From Escherichia phage vB_EcoM-UFV06: a stretch of 64,000 nt of DNA. Where the stretch lies: the sequence record OP555980.1; one strand, 5' to 3'. The position numbers and the translations under genes are program-made. The notes beneath the pieces were generated by a model that did not search any database, was not told the DNA's origin, and saw nothing but the letters and a program-made list of their open reading frames with translations. Positions 7,689 to 18,622 of the stretch are shown here, piece by piece; position 1 is the stretch's first letter, and every line of letters starts with the position of its first letter.

Positions 7689-8401
7689 TATAGTACCTTT
7701 AGTGTATTTTTAATTTTAGAAAAAAGTTCTTCAAGAGAACCATCGTTTGTAATTACTAAATCGCCATCACGAATTGGCAATCCAGCTTCTGTAATATGTG
7801 TATCATTGGATTTTTGACCAGGACGAACTACATGAATTACTGTAGCACCCATCGCCCTAGCCGCATCCATTTCATGATCTTGACGAGTATCAGGAACGAT
7901 ATAATAATCATAACCTGAGTTAAATTTATCAAGATAATCTAAAGCAAATAATTTTACCCAATACATGCGGTCGAAGTTATTAACAATCAAATCCGTACCT
8001 AGGGCTTGCATCAGACGACGGACTGACCATTGATCTTCAATATTATTTATAACGTCAGCAATCTTGTTAAATGCTACGAAATTAACTGCGTCATCAAAAA
8101 CAAACACACCTTTAATTGGGCTTTTACCATTAAGATAGCAAAATGCTTGTTCCATAATCGTGATTACTTCTAATTTAGTCAGATTTAAATTAGTCTCACG
8201 ATCATAGTCAATTCCTTCAAACTCTTTACGAGTTAAGCAAGGATAGCCAGTGTTTGCTGCAAATACACCCCATGCATAAGCCAATGCATCCTTAATAGGA
8301 CCAGCAAGTTGGTATTTAACTGCAGAATAATTGCTCATGATAAAATCAGCAGTAGTATCTTTTCCACTACGCTTTACACCACTTAAAAAGATTAGTTTCA
8401 T
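7688..8401 (-). CDS. 1: gp1 deoxynucleoside monophosphate kinase
   Basis: Starts MKLIFLSGVKRSGKDT (P-loop); ATG at 8401-8399; the track ORF extends upstream from a non-ATG start. Confidence 0.85.
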
Positions 8402-8450
8402 GTGTTTCTCCTCAAATTTAATTAAGATTATAACACACAAAACTGAAGCA

Positions 8451-8981
8451 TTAAACTTCTGCTATAATTTTTCCATCTTTTTCTACTTGAAAATAGGTGT
8501 AAGGAATCGTTGCAGTACATACTAAAGCCGGGTCTGAATCTTCCGTATAGCTAAATTCTACTTCAGATAGGTCAGAAACCCAAGGCTTATAAAAATTTAT
8601 TGACATCACGATTTCAGTTTTGCTATTATCTAAGATGTAAAGCGTAATGTACTCAGGACCTGTTTTTTGGGCAGTATTTTCACCTGTAAGATAGTTGCTA
8701 GTTCCTAGCATCCATTCATACATTCCTATCCATGACTTAAGTTCTTCATCAACTATAAATCTCACAATGAGTGGATCATACTCAAATGTAACACCTGGAC
8801 GTTGTGCTCGGCCCAGTCCAAACGGCCCAGTCACGGTATCAGTAACAGGTATCCTAATTCCCGGAATAGGAACTGACTGAGCATTTAAAGTAAAAGCAGA
8901 TGTAGTATTACTATGCGGTATTGATACTACAAAGTTAGTTGTATTTGCTTGGTTAAAAATTTGTTGTAGTGCTTGCGACAT
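8451..8981 (-). CDS. 3: gp3 tail tube terminator/completion protein
   Basis: 176 aa from MSQALQQIFNQ... (ATG at 8981-8979, GAGGA SD); order 1-3-2-4 as in T4. Confidence 0.8.
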   Translation of the reverse strand: MSQALQQIFNQANTTNFVVSIPHSNTTSAFTLNAQSVPIPGIRIPVTDTVTGPFGLGRAQRPGVTFEYDPLIVRFIVDEELKSWIGMYEWMLGTSNYLTGENTAQKTGPEYITLYILDNSKTEIVMSINFYKPWVSDLSEVEFSYTEDSDPALVCTATIPYTYFQVEKDGKIIAEV

Positions 8982-9087
8982 ATATTCCTCATAATGCTTC
9001 ATAAATGTTGGTGGTATAATGGGTCTAAGTCCCTTCCATTCAATTCCAATTAGAACAAACAATAGAAAAGAATGGAAGATAATAGAA

Positions 9088-9912
9088 TTAAATATTTGAC
9101 CAGACTTTGTTTGCAGAGAAACGTTTTCCTTTTGAAACGAACTGCTGAAGTGGCATCAACACAACGTTCGCCCAGTCTTTCGGGGCGATTTCAACAAGGC
9201 TACCCATAATATTACCGGGTATATATGCCTTAATCATTTGGTCTGCACCCCTAAATCCTTTCACTTGACTCCAATCAATTTTTAATTTCGTTTTATTAGT
9301 AATAGTAGGTGTATTTGAGTATTGCTTTAAAAGCTCTTCTAGAAATTGCTGACGAGCTTTAGGTGGAATATAGTGCAAGTTTAATCCGTACATTAAATTA
9401 TGCTTACCTAAACCAAGGTAAATTATCAAAGGAAATTTATCCCAGTAAGGAAGAGTTTCCTTGTGTTTAGCATCATAAGCAAAAGCATATATTCGTCCCG
9501 GCTGCGGGCGAACAACTTTATGTCCTTTTACTTGCTTAATAGTTTCAGCAAACCATTTTCTGGTTTTATTATTAATTGCTGCGCCTTCATTACGAATTTT
9601 ATCACGCAATGTTTGTCTGAATGAATTTATCATAAGCAGTTGTCTTTCTTGCTTATTGAGCTTATTCATTGGTTTTGATTCAAGCTTTTGAATCTTTTCA
9701 GCTGTTTTAATTCCTGAAGCATATTTTGACATTGCCGAAGTAAACGTAGAGTATTTGATTCCTCTTTCTTCAGCAAATTGTTTTCCTGTCATTCCTTTTG
9801 CTTTGGCCTTTTTATATTCAAGACCTATTTGAATCCATTTCTTTTCGTTTAATGATTGCTTAACCTTTGGAACTTGGGGAGTGCTTTCATTAATTATTTG
9901 AAAAATAGCCAT
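9088..9912 (-). CDS. 2: gp2 DNA end-protector protein
   Basis: 274 aa as T4 gp2; synteny. Confidence 0.8.
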   Translation of the reverse strand: MAIFQIINESTPQVPKVKQSLNEKKWIQIGLEYKKAKAKGMTGKQFAEERGIKYSTFTSAMSKYASGIKTAEKIQKLESKPMNKLNKQERQLLMINSFRQTLRDKIRNEGAAINNKTRKWFAETIKQVKGHKVVRPQPGRIYAFAYDAKHKETLPYWDKFPLIIYLGLGKHNLMYGLNLHYIPPKARQQFLEELLKQYSNTPTITNKTKLKIDWSQVKGFRGADQMIKAYIPGNIMGSLVEIAPKDWANVVLMPLQQFVSKGKRFSANKVWSNI

Positions 9913-10364
9913 TATGCCCCCTTAAAGCCAAGAGCTCGTAATCCATCTTCTGTTAGAATTCTAAATTTTATTCCACGCTTTTCAGCTAAAGCTTGCGCTG
10001 CTTTCCATTTGTCAGTGTTCACAGACCAGGTATAAATTTCATTCATAAATCTTTTCTTCGCTGCGGTTGTTAGATGTGCTGGTTTAACTGGTGGTTGTGT
10101 TTCTTTTTTAGGCTTTATTTCAATAAAAAATTCTTGTCCAGAAGAATCTTTCATCCAAATATCCATGAAGTATCTACGTTTTTTCCCTTCGGCATTACAA
10201 AAATAAGGAATTACTGCTGTTTCACTACCCCATGCAATAATTTCTGGATTTTTATCTAACCATTCAAAAAAGAATTTTTCCCAATTTGATCTATACGTAA
10301 TTTTTTTAGGGTCACCTCTATACTTTGATATATTTTTAGGAACCCATTTTCCAGAATATGCCAT
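9912..10364 (-). CDS. 4: gp4 head completion protein
   Basis: 150 aa as T4 gp4; late promoter on minus strand upstream. Confidence 0.8.
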   Translation of the reverse strand: MAYSGKWVPKNISKYRGDPKKITYRSNWEKFFFEWLDKNPEIIAWGSETAVIPYFCNAEGKKRRYFMDIWMKDSSGQEFFIEIKPKKETQPPVKPAHLTTAAKKRFMNEIYTWSVNTDKWKAAQALAEKRGIKFRILTEDGLRALGFKGA

Positions 10365-10375
10365 TGGATTCTCCT

Positions 10376-10398
10376 TATAAATAGATAATATATTTATA
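10376..10398. promoter_or_regulatory. divergent late promoters for gene 53 (+) and gene 4 (-)
   Basis: TATAAATA at 10376-10383 (+) and TATTTATA at 10391-10398. Confidence 0.5.
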
Positions 10399-10411
10399 AA
10401 CAGGAGGGCCC

Positions 10412-11002
10412 ATGCTCTTTACATTTTTTGATCCGATTGAATATGCGGCCAAAACGGTGAATAAAAACGCGCCGACTATTCCTATGACAGATATTTTTAG
10501 AAACTATAAAGACTATTTCAAACGTGCTCTTGCGGGATACCGCTTACGTACTTATTATATTAAAGGTTCACCTCGTCCCGAAGAATTAGCAAATACTATA
10601 TATGGAAATCCACAGTTGTATTGGGTTTTATTGATGTGTAATGATAATTATGATCCATATTATGGATGGATTACTTCACAAGAAGCTGCTTATCAAGCAT
10701 CTATACAAAAATACAAAAACGTAGGTGGAGACCAAATAGTATATCATGTAAATGAGAACGGTGAAAAATTTTATAATTTAGTATCATACGATGATAATCC
10801 ATATGTTTGGTATGACAAAGGTGATAAAGCTAGAAAATATCCTCAATATGAAGGAGCACTTGCTGCTGTTAATACGTATGAAGCTGCTGTTCTTGAAAAT
10901 GAAAAACTTCGTCAAATAAAAATAATAGCAAAATCAGACATCAATTCATTTATGAACGACCTTATACGTATAATGGAGAAATCTTATGGAAATGATAAGT
11001 AA
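10412..11002 (+). CDS. 53: gp53 baseplate wedge protein
   Basis: 196 aa as T4 gp53; TATAAATA upstream; precedes gene 5. Confidence 0.8.
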   Translation: MLFTFFDPIEYAAKTVNKNAPTIPMTDIFRNYKDYFKRALAGYRLRTYYIKGSPRPEELANTIYGNPQLYWVLLMCNDNYDPYYGWITSQEAAYQASIQKYKNVGGDQIVYHVNENGEKFYNLVSYDDNPYVWYDKGDKARKYPQYEGALAAVNTYEAAVLENEKLRQIKIIAKSDINSFMNDLIRIMEKSYGNDK

Positions 11003-12713
11003 TAACCTTAATTGGTTTGTTGGTGTTGTTGAAGATAGAATGGACCCATTAAAATTAGGTCGTGTTCGTGTTCGTGTGGTTGGTCTGCATCCACCACAAA
11101 GAGCACAAGGTGATGTAATGGGTATTCCAACTGAAAAATTGCCATGGATGTCAGTTATTCAGCCTATAACTTCGGCAGCTATGTCTGGAATTGGAGGTTC
11201 CGTTACTGGACCGGTAGAAGGAACTAGAGTTTATGGTCATTTTTTGGACAAATGGAAAACTAATGGAATTGTTCTTGGCACGTATGGTGGAATAGTTCGC
11301 GAAAAACCGAATAGACTTGAAGGATTTTCTGACCCGACTGGGCAATATCCTAGACGTTTAGGAAATGATACTAACGTACTAAACCAAGGCGGAGAAGTAG
11401 GATATGATTCGTCTTCTAACATTATCCAAGATAGTAACTTAGACACTGCAATAAATCCTGATGATAGACCACTATCAGAGATTCCAACTGATGATAATCC
11501 AAATATGTCAATGGCTGAAATGCTTCGCCGTGATGAAGGATTAAGACTAAAAGTTTATTGGGATACCGAAGGATATCCGACAATTGGTATTGGTCATCTT
11601 ATCATGAAGCAGCCAGTTCGTGATATGGCTCAAATTAATAAAGTTTTATCGAAACAAGTTGGTCGTGAAATTACTGGAAACCCAGGTTCTATTACAATGG
11701 AAGAAGCGGTAACTTTATTTGAACGCGATTTGGCTGATATGCAACGTGACATTAAATCACATTCTAAAGTAGGACCAGTCTGGCAAGCTGTCAACCGTTC
11801 TCGTCAAATGGCATTAGAAAATATGGCATTTCAGATGGGTGTTGGCGGTGTAGCTAAATTTAACACAATGTTAACTGCTATGTTAGCAGGAGATTGGGAA
11901 AAAGCATATAAAGCTGGTCGTGATTCATTGTGGTATCAACAAACAAAAGGCCGTGCATCCCGTGTTACCATGATTATTCTTACGGGGAATTTGGAATCAT
12001 ATGGTGTTGAAGTGAAAACTCCAGCTAGGTCTTTGTCGGCAATGGCTGCTACTGTGGCGAAGTCTTCTGATCCAGCTGACCCTCCTATTCCAAATGACTC
12101 AAGAATTTTATTCAAAGAACCAGTTTCTTCATATAAAGGCGAATATCCTTATGTGCATACAATGGAAACTGAAAGTGGACATATTCAGGAATTTGATGAT
12201 ACCCCTGGGCAAGAACGATATAGATTAGTTCATCCAACTGGAACTTATGAAGAAGTATCACCGTCAGGGAGAAGAACAAGAAAAACTGTTGATAATTTGT
12301 ATGATATAACCAACGCTGATGGTAATTTTTTGGTAGCCGGTGATAAAAAGACTAACGTCGGTGGTTCAGAAATTTATTATAACATGGATAATCGTCTTCA
12401 CCAAATAGATGGAAGCAATACAATATTTGTACGTGGCGATGAAACTAAGACGGTTGAAGGTAATGGAACTATCCTAGTTAAAGGTAATGTTACTATTGTA
12501 GTTGAAGGTAATGCTGACATTACAGTTAAAGGAGATGCTACTACGTTAGTTGAAGGTAATCAAACTAATACAGTAAATGGAAATCTTTCTTGGAAAGTTG
12601 CTGGGACAGTTGATTGGGACGTTGGTGGTGATTGGACAGAAAAAATGGCATCTATGAGTTCTATTTCATCTGGTCAATACACAATTGATGGATCGAGGAT
12701 TGACATTGGCTAA
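10986..12713 (+). CDS. 5: gp5 baseplate hub/cell-puncturing protein with lysozyme domain
   Basis: 575 aa; internal T4-lysozyme-like domain (MAEMLRRDEGLRLKVYWDTEGYPTIGIGHL); C-terminal beta-helix VxGxxxxx repeats. Confidence 0.9.
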   Translation: MEMISNNLNWFVGVVEDRMDPLKLGRVRVRVVGLHPPQRAQGDVMGIPTEKLPWMSVIQPITSAAMSGIGGSVTGPVEGTRVYGHFLDKWKTNGIVLGTYGGIVREKPNRLEGFSDPTGQYPRRLGNDTNVLNQGGEVGYDSSSNIIQDSNLDTAINPDDRPLSEIPTDDNPNMSMAEMLRRDEGLRLKVYWDTEGYPTIGIGHLIMKQPVRDMAQINKVLSKQVGREITGNPGSITMEEAVTLFERDLADMQRDIKSHSKVGPVWQAVNRSRQMALENMAFQMGVGGVAKFNTMLTAMLAGDWEKAYKAGRDSLWYQQTKGRASRVTMIILTGNLESYGVEVKTPARSLSAMAATVAKSSDPADPPIPNDSRILFKEPVSSYKGEYPYVHTMETESGHIQEFDDTPGQERYRLVHPTGTYEEVSPSGRRTRKTVDNLYDITNADGNFLVAGDKKTNVGGSEIYYNMDNRLHQIDGSNTIFVRGDETKTVEGNGTILVKGNVTIVVEGNADITVKGDATTLVEGNQTNTVNGNLSWKVAGTVDWDVGGDWTEKMASMSSISSGQYTIDGSRIDIG

Positions 12714-13242
12714 TATACTTCCAATGAGCGCTGATTTAGGAGAATCCATGGAAGGTTCTTCTATCGACGTCACCTTTACCGCTCAATTAGAAACAGGTGA
12801 AACGTTAGTATCTATAAATATAACTAGTTACGAAGAAACTCCTGGGGTTTTAGTAGAAGAAAGTCGCTTATATGGAACATATGAATCTGTATTTGGTTTC
12901 GGAAATGACGCGTTGAAATATCGTTTAGGTGATGAATTTAAAACTGCTGCTTCATGGGAAGAACTTCCTACTGATTCTGACACCCAGTTGTATTTGTGGA
13001 AAGCTCCTCAAAATCTCCAGAAGACATTCACTTACGAAGTAACATTAATATATGACTACCAAGAACAAAGTGAATCTGGAGGTTCTGGCAGTAATTCTAG
13101 GTCATCTTCTGATACTACTGAACCGACAGATCCTCCTGCTCCGGTAAGAAAAACTCTAGTTAAAAATTATACTAAAACTATAGTTGGAAATTGGAGTCGT
13201 TGGGCTAATAAATTAAGAAGCTATGTGTATGAGAGGTCATAG
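12685..13242 (+). CDS. hypothetical protein, 5.1-like; start uncertain (overlaps gene 5 end)
   Basis: 185-aa ORF between genes 5 and 5.4. Confidence 0.5.
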   Translation: MMDRGLTLANILPMSADLGESMEGSSIDVTFTAQLETGETLVSINITSYEETPGVLVEESRLYGTYESVFGFGNDALKYRLGDEFKTAASWEELPTDSDTQLYLWKAPQNLQKTFTYEVTLIYDYQEQSESGGSGSNSRSSSDTTEPTDPPAPVRKTLVKNYTKTIVGNWSRWANKLRSYVYERS

Positions 13243-13536
13243 ATGTCAGGATTAAGTTATGATAAATGTGTTACTGCTGGTCATGAAGCATGGCCTCCAA
13301 CAGTTGTGAATGCTACACAAAGTAAAGTATTCACTGGAGGAATTGCTGTTCTAATAGCAGGCGATCCAATTACAGAACATACAGAAATCAAAAAGCCATA
13401 TGAAACACATGGCGGAGTGACACAACCTAGAACTTCTAAGGTATATGTCACAGGAAAGAAAGCTGTTCAAATGGCTGATCCAATATCATGCGGTGATACT
13501 GTGGCTCAGGCATCATCTAAAGTATTCATTAAATAG
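13243..13536 (+). CDS. 5.4: gp5.4 PAAR-repeat spike tip protein
   Basis: 97 aa as T4 gp5.4; position immediately before gene 6. Confidence 0.7.
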   Translation: MSGLSYDKCVTAGHEAWPPTVVNATQSKVFTGGIAVLIAGDPITEHTEIKKPYETHGGVTQPRTSKVYVTGKKAVQMADPISCGDTVAQASSKVFIK

Positions 13537-13544
13537 GATTTAAA

Positions 13545-15527
13545 ATGGCAAATACCCCTGTAAATTATCAATTAACAAGAACAGCAAATGCTATTCCCGA
13601 GATATTCGTCGGGGGTACGTTTGCTGAAATAAAACAAAACCTCATTGAATGGCTTAATGGCCAAAATGAATTTTTGGATTACGATTTTGAAGGCTCAAGA
13701 TTAAACGTTCTGTGCGACCTTTTAGCTTATAATACATTGTACATTCAGCAGTTTGGTAATGCTGCTGTGTATGAAAGCTTTATGCGTACTGCTAACTTAC
13801 GAAGTTCAGTTGTTCAGGCTGCACAAGATAATGGATATTTACCTACTTCAAAATCCGCTGCACAGACCGAAATTATGTTAACGTGTACAGATGCATTGAA
13901 TAGAAATTACATTACTATTCCTCGCGGTACTCGCTTTTTAGCATATGCAAAGGATACTTCTGTTAATCCATATAACTTCGTTTCTACCGAAGACGTTATT
14001 GCTATTCGTGATAAAAATAACCAATATTTTCCACGATTAAAATTAGCCCAGGGACGTATAGTAAGAACTGAAATCATTTATGATAAATTAACACCTATTA
14101 TCATTTATGACAAAAACATAGATAGAAACCAAGTTAAACTATACGTTGATGGAGCAGAATGGATTAACTGGACAAGAAAGTCAATGGTTCATGCTGGTTC
14201 TACATCAACAATTTACTACATGCGTGAAACTATTGATGGAAACACTGAATTCTATTTTGGCGAAGGTGAAATTTCTGTTAATGCGGCAGAAGGAGCTCTA
14301 ACTGCTAACTATATTGGAGGTCTTAAACCTACCCAGAACTCTACTATTGTTATTGAGTACATCAGTACTAACGGTGCAGATGCGAATGGTGCAGTCGGAT
14401 TTTCATACGCAGATACATTAACAAATATAACTGTCATCAATATTAACGAAAATCCAAATGATGACCCAGATTTTGTTGGGGCAGATGGCGGTGGCGATCC
14501 AGAAGATATTGAGCGTATTCGCGAATTGGGTACTATTAAACGCGAAACCCAGCAACGCTGCGTAACTGCGACCGACTATGATACATTCGTCTCAGAAAGA
14601 TTCGGTTCTATTATTCAAGCTGTTCAGACTTTCACTGATTCTACTAAACCTGGTTATGCATTTATTGCTGCTAAACCTAAATCAGGACTATATTTAACTA
14701 CTGTGCAACGTGAAGATATTAAAAATTATCTCAAAGACTATAATTTAGCGCCTATTACACCGTCAATTATTTCTCCTAATTATCTTTTTATTAAGACTAA
14801 TTTAAAAGTCACATATGCTTTAAATAAACTACAAGAATCCGAACAGTGGCTTGAAGGTCAAATAATTGATAAAATTGATCGCTATTATACCGAAGATGTA
14901 GAAATTTTTAACTCATCTTTTGCCAAGTCTAAGATGTTAACTTACGTAGATGATGCAGATCATTCTATCATTGGTTCATCAGCGACTATTCAAATTGTTC
15001 GTGAAGTACAAAACTTCTATAAAACGCCTGAAGCAGGTATTAAATACAATAATCAAATAAAAGATCGTTCTATGGAATCTAATACGTTTTCATTTAATTC
15101 TGGACGAAAGGTTGTAAATCCTGATACCGGTTTAGAAGAAGATGTATTATATGACGTTCGTATAGTATCAACAGACCGAGATTCTAAAGGAATTGGTAAA
15201 GTTATTATTGGTCCATTTGCTTCTGGCGATGTTACAGAAAATGAAAACATTCAGCCGTATACAGGCAACGATTTTAACAAATTAGCAAATTCTGATGGAC
15301 GCGACAAATACTATGTTATCGGTGAAATAAATTATCCAGCTGACATGATTTATTGGAATATCGCTAAAATTAATTTAACATCTGAAAAATTTGAAGTTCA
15401 GACTATTGAATTATATTCTGACCCAACCGATGATGTTATCTTTACTCGCGATGGTTCACTGATTGTATTTGAAAATGACTTACGTCCACAATACTTAACT
15501 ATCGATTTGGAGCCTATATCACAATGA
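13545..15527 (+). CDS. 6: gp6 baseplate wedge protein
   Basis: 660 aa as T4 gp6; synteny. Confidence 0.85.
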   Translation: MANTPVNYQLTRTANAIPEIFVGGTFAEIKQNLIEWLNGQNEFLDYDFEGSRLNVLCDLLAYNTLYIQQFGNAAVYESFMRTANLRSSVVQAAQDNGYLPTSKSAAQTEIMLTCTDALNRNYITIPRGTRFLAYAKDTSVNPYNFVSTEDVIAIRDKNNQYFPRLKLAQGRIVRTEIIYDKLTPIIIYDKNIDRNQVKLYVDGAEWINWTRKSMVHAGSTSTIYYMRETIDGNTEFYFGEGEISVNAAEGALTANYIGGLKPTQNSTIVIEYISTNGADANGAVGFSYADTLTNITVININENPNDDPDFVGADGGGDPEDIERIRELGTIKRETQQRCVTATDYDTFVSERFGSIIQAVQTFTDSTKPGYAFIAAKPKSGLYLTTVQREDIKNYLKDYNLAPITPSIISPNYLFIKTNLKVTYALNKLQESEQWLEGQIIDKIDRYYTEDVEIFNSSFAKSKMLTYVDDADHSIIGSSATIQIVREVQNFYKTPEAGIKYNNQIKDRSMESNTFSFNSGRKVVNPDTGLEEDVLYDVRIVSTDRDSKGIGKVIIGPFASGDVTENENIQPYTGNDFNKLANSDGRDKYYVIGEINYPADMIYWNIAKINLTSEKFEVQTIELYSDPTDDVIFTRDGSLIVFENDLRPQYLTIDLEPISQ

Positions 15528-18500
15528 CAGTAAAAGCACCTTCAGTCACTAGTCTCAGAATTTCCAAGTTATCCGCTAATCAGGTGCAAGTACGCTGGGA
15601 TGACGTTGGTGCTAATTTCTACTATTTTGTAGAAATCGCTGAGACAAAATCAAACTCGGGAAAAAATCTCCCGAGTAATCAATATCGTTGGATTAATTTA
15701 GGATATACAGCAAATAATAGTTTCTTTTTTGATGATGCTGATCCATTGACATCATATGTTATTAGAGTAGCTACAGCTGCGCAAGATTTTGAGCAGTCTG
15801 ATTGGATTTATACCGAAGAGTTTGAAACTTTTGCTACAAATGCTTATACATTTCAAAACATGATTGAAATGCAATTAGCCAATAAATTCATTCAGGAAAA
15901 ATTTACTCTTAATAATTCTGATTATGTTAATTTCAATAATGACACAATAATGGCTGCGTTGATGAATGAATCATTTCAGTTCAGCCCATCGTATGCTGAT
16001 GTCTCATCAATCAGTAATTTTATTATTGGTGAAAATGAGTATCATGAAATACAAGGTTCTATTCAGCAAGTATGTAAGGATATTAACCGAGTTTATTTGA
16101 TGGAATCAGAAGGAATTCTATATCTTTTTGAGCGCTATCAACCTGTAGTTAAAGTATCCAATGATAAAGGACAAACCTGGAAAGCTGTAAAGCTCTTCAA
16201 TGACCGTGTAGGATATCCTTTATCTAAGACTGTATATTACCAATCTGCAAACACAACATACGTTCTAGGATATGATAAGATTTTCTATGGCCGTAAATCG
16301 ACTGACGTTAGATGGTCAGCAGATGATGTCAGATTCAGTTCGCAGGATATAACATTTGCTAAATTAGGAGACCAACTTCATTTAGGATTCGATGTTGAAA
16401 TCTTCGCTACTTATGCGACTTTACCAGCGAATGTATATCGTATAGCTGAAGCCATCACTTGTACGGATGATTATATCTATGTTGTTGCCAGAGATAAAGT
16501 TAGATATATAAAAACGAGTAATGCACCTATAGATTCTGACCCGTTATCACCAACATACTCGGAAAGACTTTTTGAACCTGATACAATGACTATAACTGGA
16601 AATCCTAAAGCTGTATGCTATAAAATGGATTCTATCGGTGATAAAGTTTTTGCTCTTATTATTGGTGAAGTTGAAACATTAAATGCTAATCCTAGAACAT
16701 CAAAAATAATTGATTCTGCTGATAAAGGAATATATGTTTTAAATCACGACACAAAAACGTGGAAAAGAGTTTTTGGCAACACCGAAGAAGAAAGAAGACG
16801 TATTCAACCTGGATACGCAAACATGTCAACTGATGGTAAATTAGTTTCTCTGTCTTCGAGTAATTTTAAATTTTTAAGTGATAACATTGTTAATGACCCT
16901 GAAACTGCTGTAAAATACCAGTTAATCGATGCTGTTAAATATGAATTTCCTCGCGAATGGTTAGCTGATAAACATTATCATATGATGGCGTTTATAGCGG
17001 ATGAAAAATCTGATTGGGAGACTTTTACTCCTCAACCGATGAAATACTACGCAGAACCGTTCTTTAATTGGTCTAAAAAATCTAACACTCGTTGTTGGAT
17101 AAACAACTCTGATAAAGCTGTTGTAGTTTATGCAGATTTGAAATACACCAAAGTTATTGAAAATATTCCAGAAACGTCACCAGATAGATTAGTACATGAA
17201 TACTGGGATGATGGCGATTGCACTATAGTAATGCCAAATGTTAAATTCACTGGATTTAAAAAATACGCATCAGGAATGCTTTTTTATAAATCTTCTGGTG
17301 AAATAATTTCTTATTATGATTTTAACTATCGTGTGAGAGATACAGTAGAAATTATTTGGAAGCCGACTGAAGTATTTTTAAAAGCATTTTTACAAAACCA
17401 AGAGCGTGAAACTCCTTGGTCACCAGAAGAAGAACGTGGATTAGCTGACCCTGATTTAAGACCATTAATTGGCACAATGATGCCTGATTCTTATTTGTTA
17501 CAAGATTCTAATTTTGAGGCATTTTGTGAAGCATATATTCAATATCTTTCTGACGGATATGGAACTCAGTATAACAATTTACGAAATTTAATTCGTAACC
17601 AATATCCACGAGAAGAGCATGCGTGGGAATATTTATGGTCAGAAATATATAAAAGAAACATTTATTTAAATGCTGACAAACGCGATGCTGTTGCAAGATT
17701 TTTTGAATCACGTAGCTATGATTTTTATTCTACTAAAGGAATTGAAGCATCATATAAATTTCTTTTTAAAGTTCTTTATAATGAAGAAGTTGAAATTGAA
17801 ATTGAATCGGGAGCAGGTACTGAATATGATGTAATCATTCAATCTGATTCTCTTACAGAAGATTTAGTAGGACAAACTATCTATACTGCAACTGGAAGAT
17901 GTAATGTTACTTATATAGAAAGAAGTTATTCTAACGGTAAATTGCAATGGACCGTGACTATACATAATCTTTTGGGGCGGTTAATAGCAGGACAAGAAGT
18001 TAAAGCAGAAAGACTTCCGGGCTTTGAAGGCGAAATTATTCGTGGGGTTAAAGGAAAAGATTTGCTTCAAAATAATATAGACTATATTAATAGAAGTAGA
18101 TCATATTATGTAATGAAAATTAAATCCAATTTACCTTCTTCCCGCTGGAAATCTGACGTTATTCGTTTTGTTCACCCAGTAGGATTTGGATTTATAGCAA
18201 TCACGCTTTTAACTATGTTTATTAATGTCGGTTTAACTCTTAAACACACAGAGACAATAATTAATAAATATAAAAACTACAAATGGGATTCTGGATTACC
18301 TACTGAATACGCAGACCGTGTAGCTAAATTGACTCCTACCGGTGAAATTGAACATGATTCAGTAACGGGTGAAGCAATTTATGAACCTGGTCCAATGTCC
18401 GGTATAGAATATCCTCTTCCTGGCGACTATAATACCGAAAATAATAATTCAGTATTTCAAGGTCAATTGCCGTCTGAACGACGTAAATTAATGAGTCCTT

Positions 18501-18622
18501 TATTTGATGCATCTGGAACAACATTTGCACAATTTAGAGATTTAGTTAATAAACGTCTAAAAGATAATATAGGAAATCCAAGAGACCCTGAAAATCCAAC
18601 ACAGGTTAAAATAGATGAATGA
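15524..18622 (+). CDS. 7: gp7 baseplate wedge protein
   Basis: 1032 aa as T4 gp7; synteny. Confidence 0.85.
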   Translation: MTVKAPSVTSLRISKLSANQVQVRWDDVGANFYYFVEIAETKSNSGKNLPSNQYRWINLGYTANNSFFFDDADPLTSYVIRVATAAQDFEQSDWIYTEEFETFATNAYTFQNMIEMQLANKFIQEKFTLNNSDYVNFNNDTIMAALMNESFQFSPSYADVSSISNFIIGENEYHEIQGSIQQVCKDINRVYLMESEGILYLFERYQPVVKVSNDKGQTWKAVKLFNDRVGYPLSKTVYYQSANTTYVLGYDKIFYGRKSTDVRWSADDVRFSSQDITFAKLGDQLHLGFDVEIFATYATLPANVYRIAEAITCTDDYIYVVARDKVRYIKTSNAPIDSDPLSPTYSERLFEPDTMTITGNPKAVCYKMDSIGDKVFALIIGEVETLNANPRTSKIIDSADKGIYVLNHDTKTWKRVFGNTEEERRRIQPGYANMSTDGKLVSLSSSNFKFLSDNIVNDPETAVKYQLIDAVKYEFPREWLADKHYHMMAFIADEKSDWETFTPQPMKYYAEPFFNWSKKSNTRCWINNSDKAVVVYADLKYTKVIENIPETSPDRLVHEYWDDGDCTIVMPNVKFTGFKKYASGMLFYKSSGEIISYYDFNYRVRDTVEIIWKPTEVFLKAFLQNQERETPWSPEEERGLADPDLRPLIGTMMPDSYLLQDSNFEAFCEAYIQYLSDGYGTQYNNLRNLIRNQYPREEHAWEYLWSEIYKRNIYLNADKRDAVARFFESRSYDFYSTKGIEASYKFLFKVLYNEEVEIEIESGAGTEYDVIIQSDSLTEDLVGQTIYTATGRCNVTYIERSYSNGKLQWTVTIHNLLGRLIAGQEVKAERLPGFEGEIIRGVKGKDLLQNNIDYINRSRSYYVMKIKSNLPSSRWKSDVIRFVHPVGFGFIAITLLTMFINVGLTLKHTETIINKYKNYKWDSGLPTEYADRVAKLTPTGEIEHDSVTGEAIYEPGPMSGIEYPLPGDYNTENNNSVFQGQLPSERRKLMSPLFDASGTTFAQFRDLVNKRLKDNIGNPRDPENPTQVKIDE

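Noticed and set aside
12400-12620. Short periodic repeats in the 3' part of gene 5 (VEGNGTILVKGNVTIVVEGNADITVKGDATTLVEGN...)
   Set aside because: This is the natural octapeptide repeat of the gp5 triple beta-helix needle, not a mobile or duplicated element.
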